Program-made: the position numbers and the translations under genes
Source: Candidatus Iainarchaeum sp.
GTDB taxonomy: Archaea; Iainarchaeota; Iainarchaeia; Iainarchaeales; CSSED10-239
Assembly (NCBI GenBank): GCA_937968065.1
Contig: CALBUD010000049.1
Location: forward strand, 1 to 31,946
Direction: 5' to 3'
DNA: 31,946 nt
Shown: positions 31,891 to 31,946 of the stretch, one piece after another
Position numbering within the stretch: the first letter of the stretch is position 1
Layout: each line of letters starts with the position of its first letter
Notes under the pieces: generated by a model
The model's input: the letters and a program-made list of their open reading frames with translations, nothing else
Database searches by the model: none
Told to the model about the DNA's origin: nothing

Positions 31891-31946
31891 TTAACCGAAA
31901 AGAGAACCTAAACCTTCAGCAGCTGATTCTTCTGAAACTTCAACTT
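31891..31946 (-). CDS. rpl12: ribosomal stalk protein P1 (aP1/L12), C-terminal end only (partial at window edge)
   Basis: The minus-strand translation ...VEVSEESAAEGLGSLFG followed by a stop shows the invariant stalk-protein C-terminus GLG-x-LFG. Confidence 0.75.
   Translation of the reverse strand, partial: VEVSEESAAEGLGSLFG

Noticed and set aside
1-31946. CRISPR arrays, transposases/IS elements, integrases, prophage genes, rRNA genes, alternative genetic code
   Set aside because: No spaced direct repeats with unique spacers were seen. I saw no DDE/tyrosine-recombinase-like translations and no terminal inverted repeats. TGA and TAA both terminate well-conserved proteins at the expected lengths (for example uS2 and uL5 end at TGA), so the standard code applies.

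Overview
This is a very AT-rich, tightly packed archaeal chromosome segment. I read 53 protein-coding genes (one partial) and one tRNA, and all but three genes are on the minus strand. From 22815 down to 3819 there is one uninterrupted co-directional array of 37 protein genes plus tRNA-Leu(UAA). It joins the three classical archaeal ribosomal-protein clusters: uL3-uL4-uL23-uL2-uS19-uL22-uS3-uL29, aIF1/SUI1, Rpp29, uS17-uL14-uL24-eS4-uL5-uS14-uS8-uL6-eL32-eL19-uL18-uS5-uL30-uL15, SecY, a DUF106/Oxa1-like insertase, eL34, a 51-aa eL14 missing from the ORF track, uS13-uS4-uS11-RpoD, the tRNA, and eL18-uL13-uS9-RpoN-uS2. A TrmB-family regulator, eL8(L7Ae)-eS28-eL24 and aIF5B follow. Genes that usually sit inside these clusters (adk, cmk, ndk, eno, rpoK) are absent. 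eL14 and Rpp29 are miniaturised, and several r-proteins carry Lys/Glu-rich extensions. I infer from this a reduced-genome, DPANN-like archaeon. The accessory part is 23086-31770. It holds (a) a putative cell-envelope locus: a 1032-aa signal-peptide/C-terminally anchored surface protein, a roughly 30% tyrosine secreted mini-protein, two coupled small plus-strand genes, and a 180-aa protein with the Cys/Arg/His motif order of exosortase/archaeosortase transpeptidases placed 9 nt behind eS8. It also holds (b) Cgi121 (KEOPS) and (c) a Hef/FANCM-XPF fork-repair enzyme split into separate helicase and ERCC4-nuclease genes with a DUF5680-like gene between them. The last 56 nt are the C-terminal end of stalk protein P1. 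I saw no CRISPR array, transposase, integrase or rRNA. All calls rest on reading the translations and DNA by eye; no searches were run.
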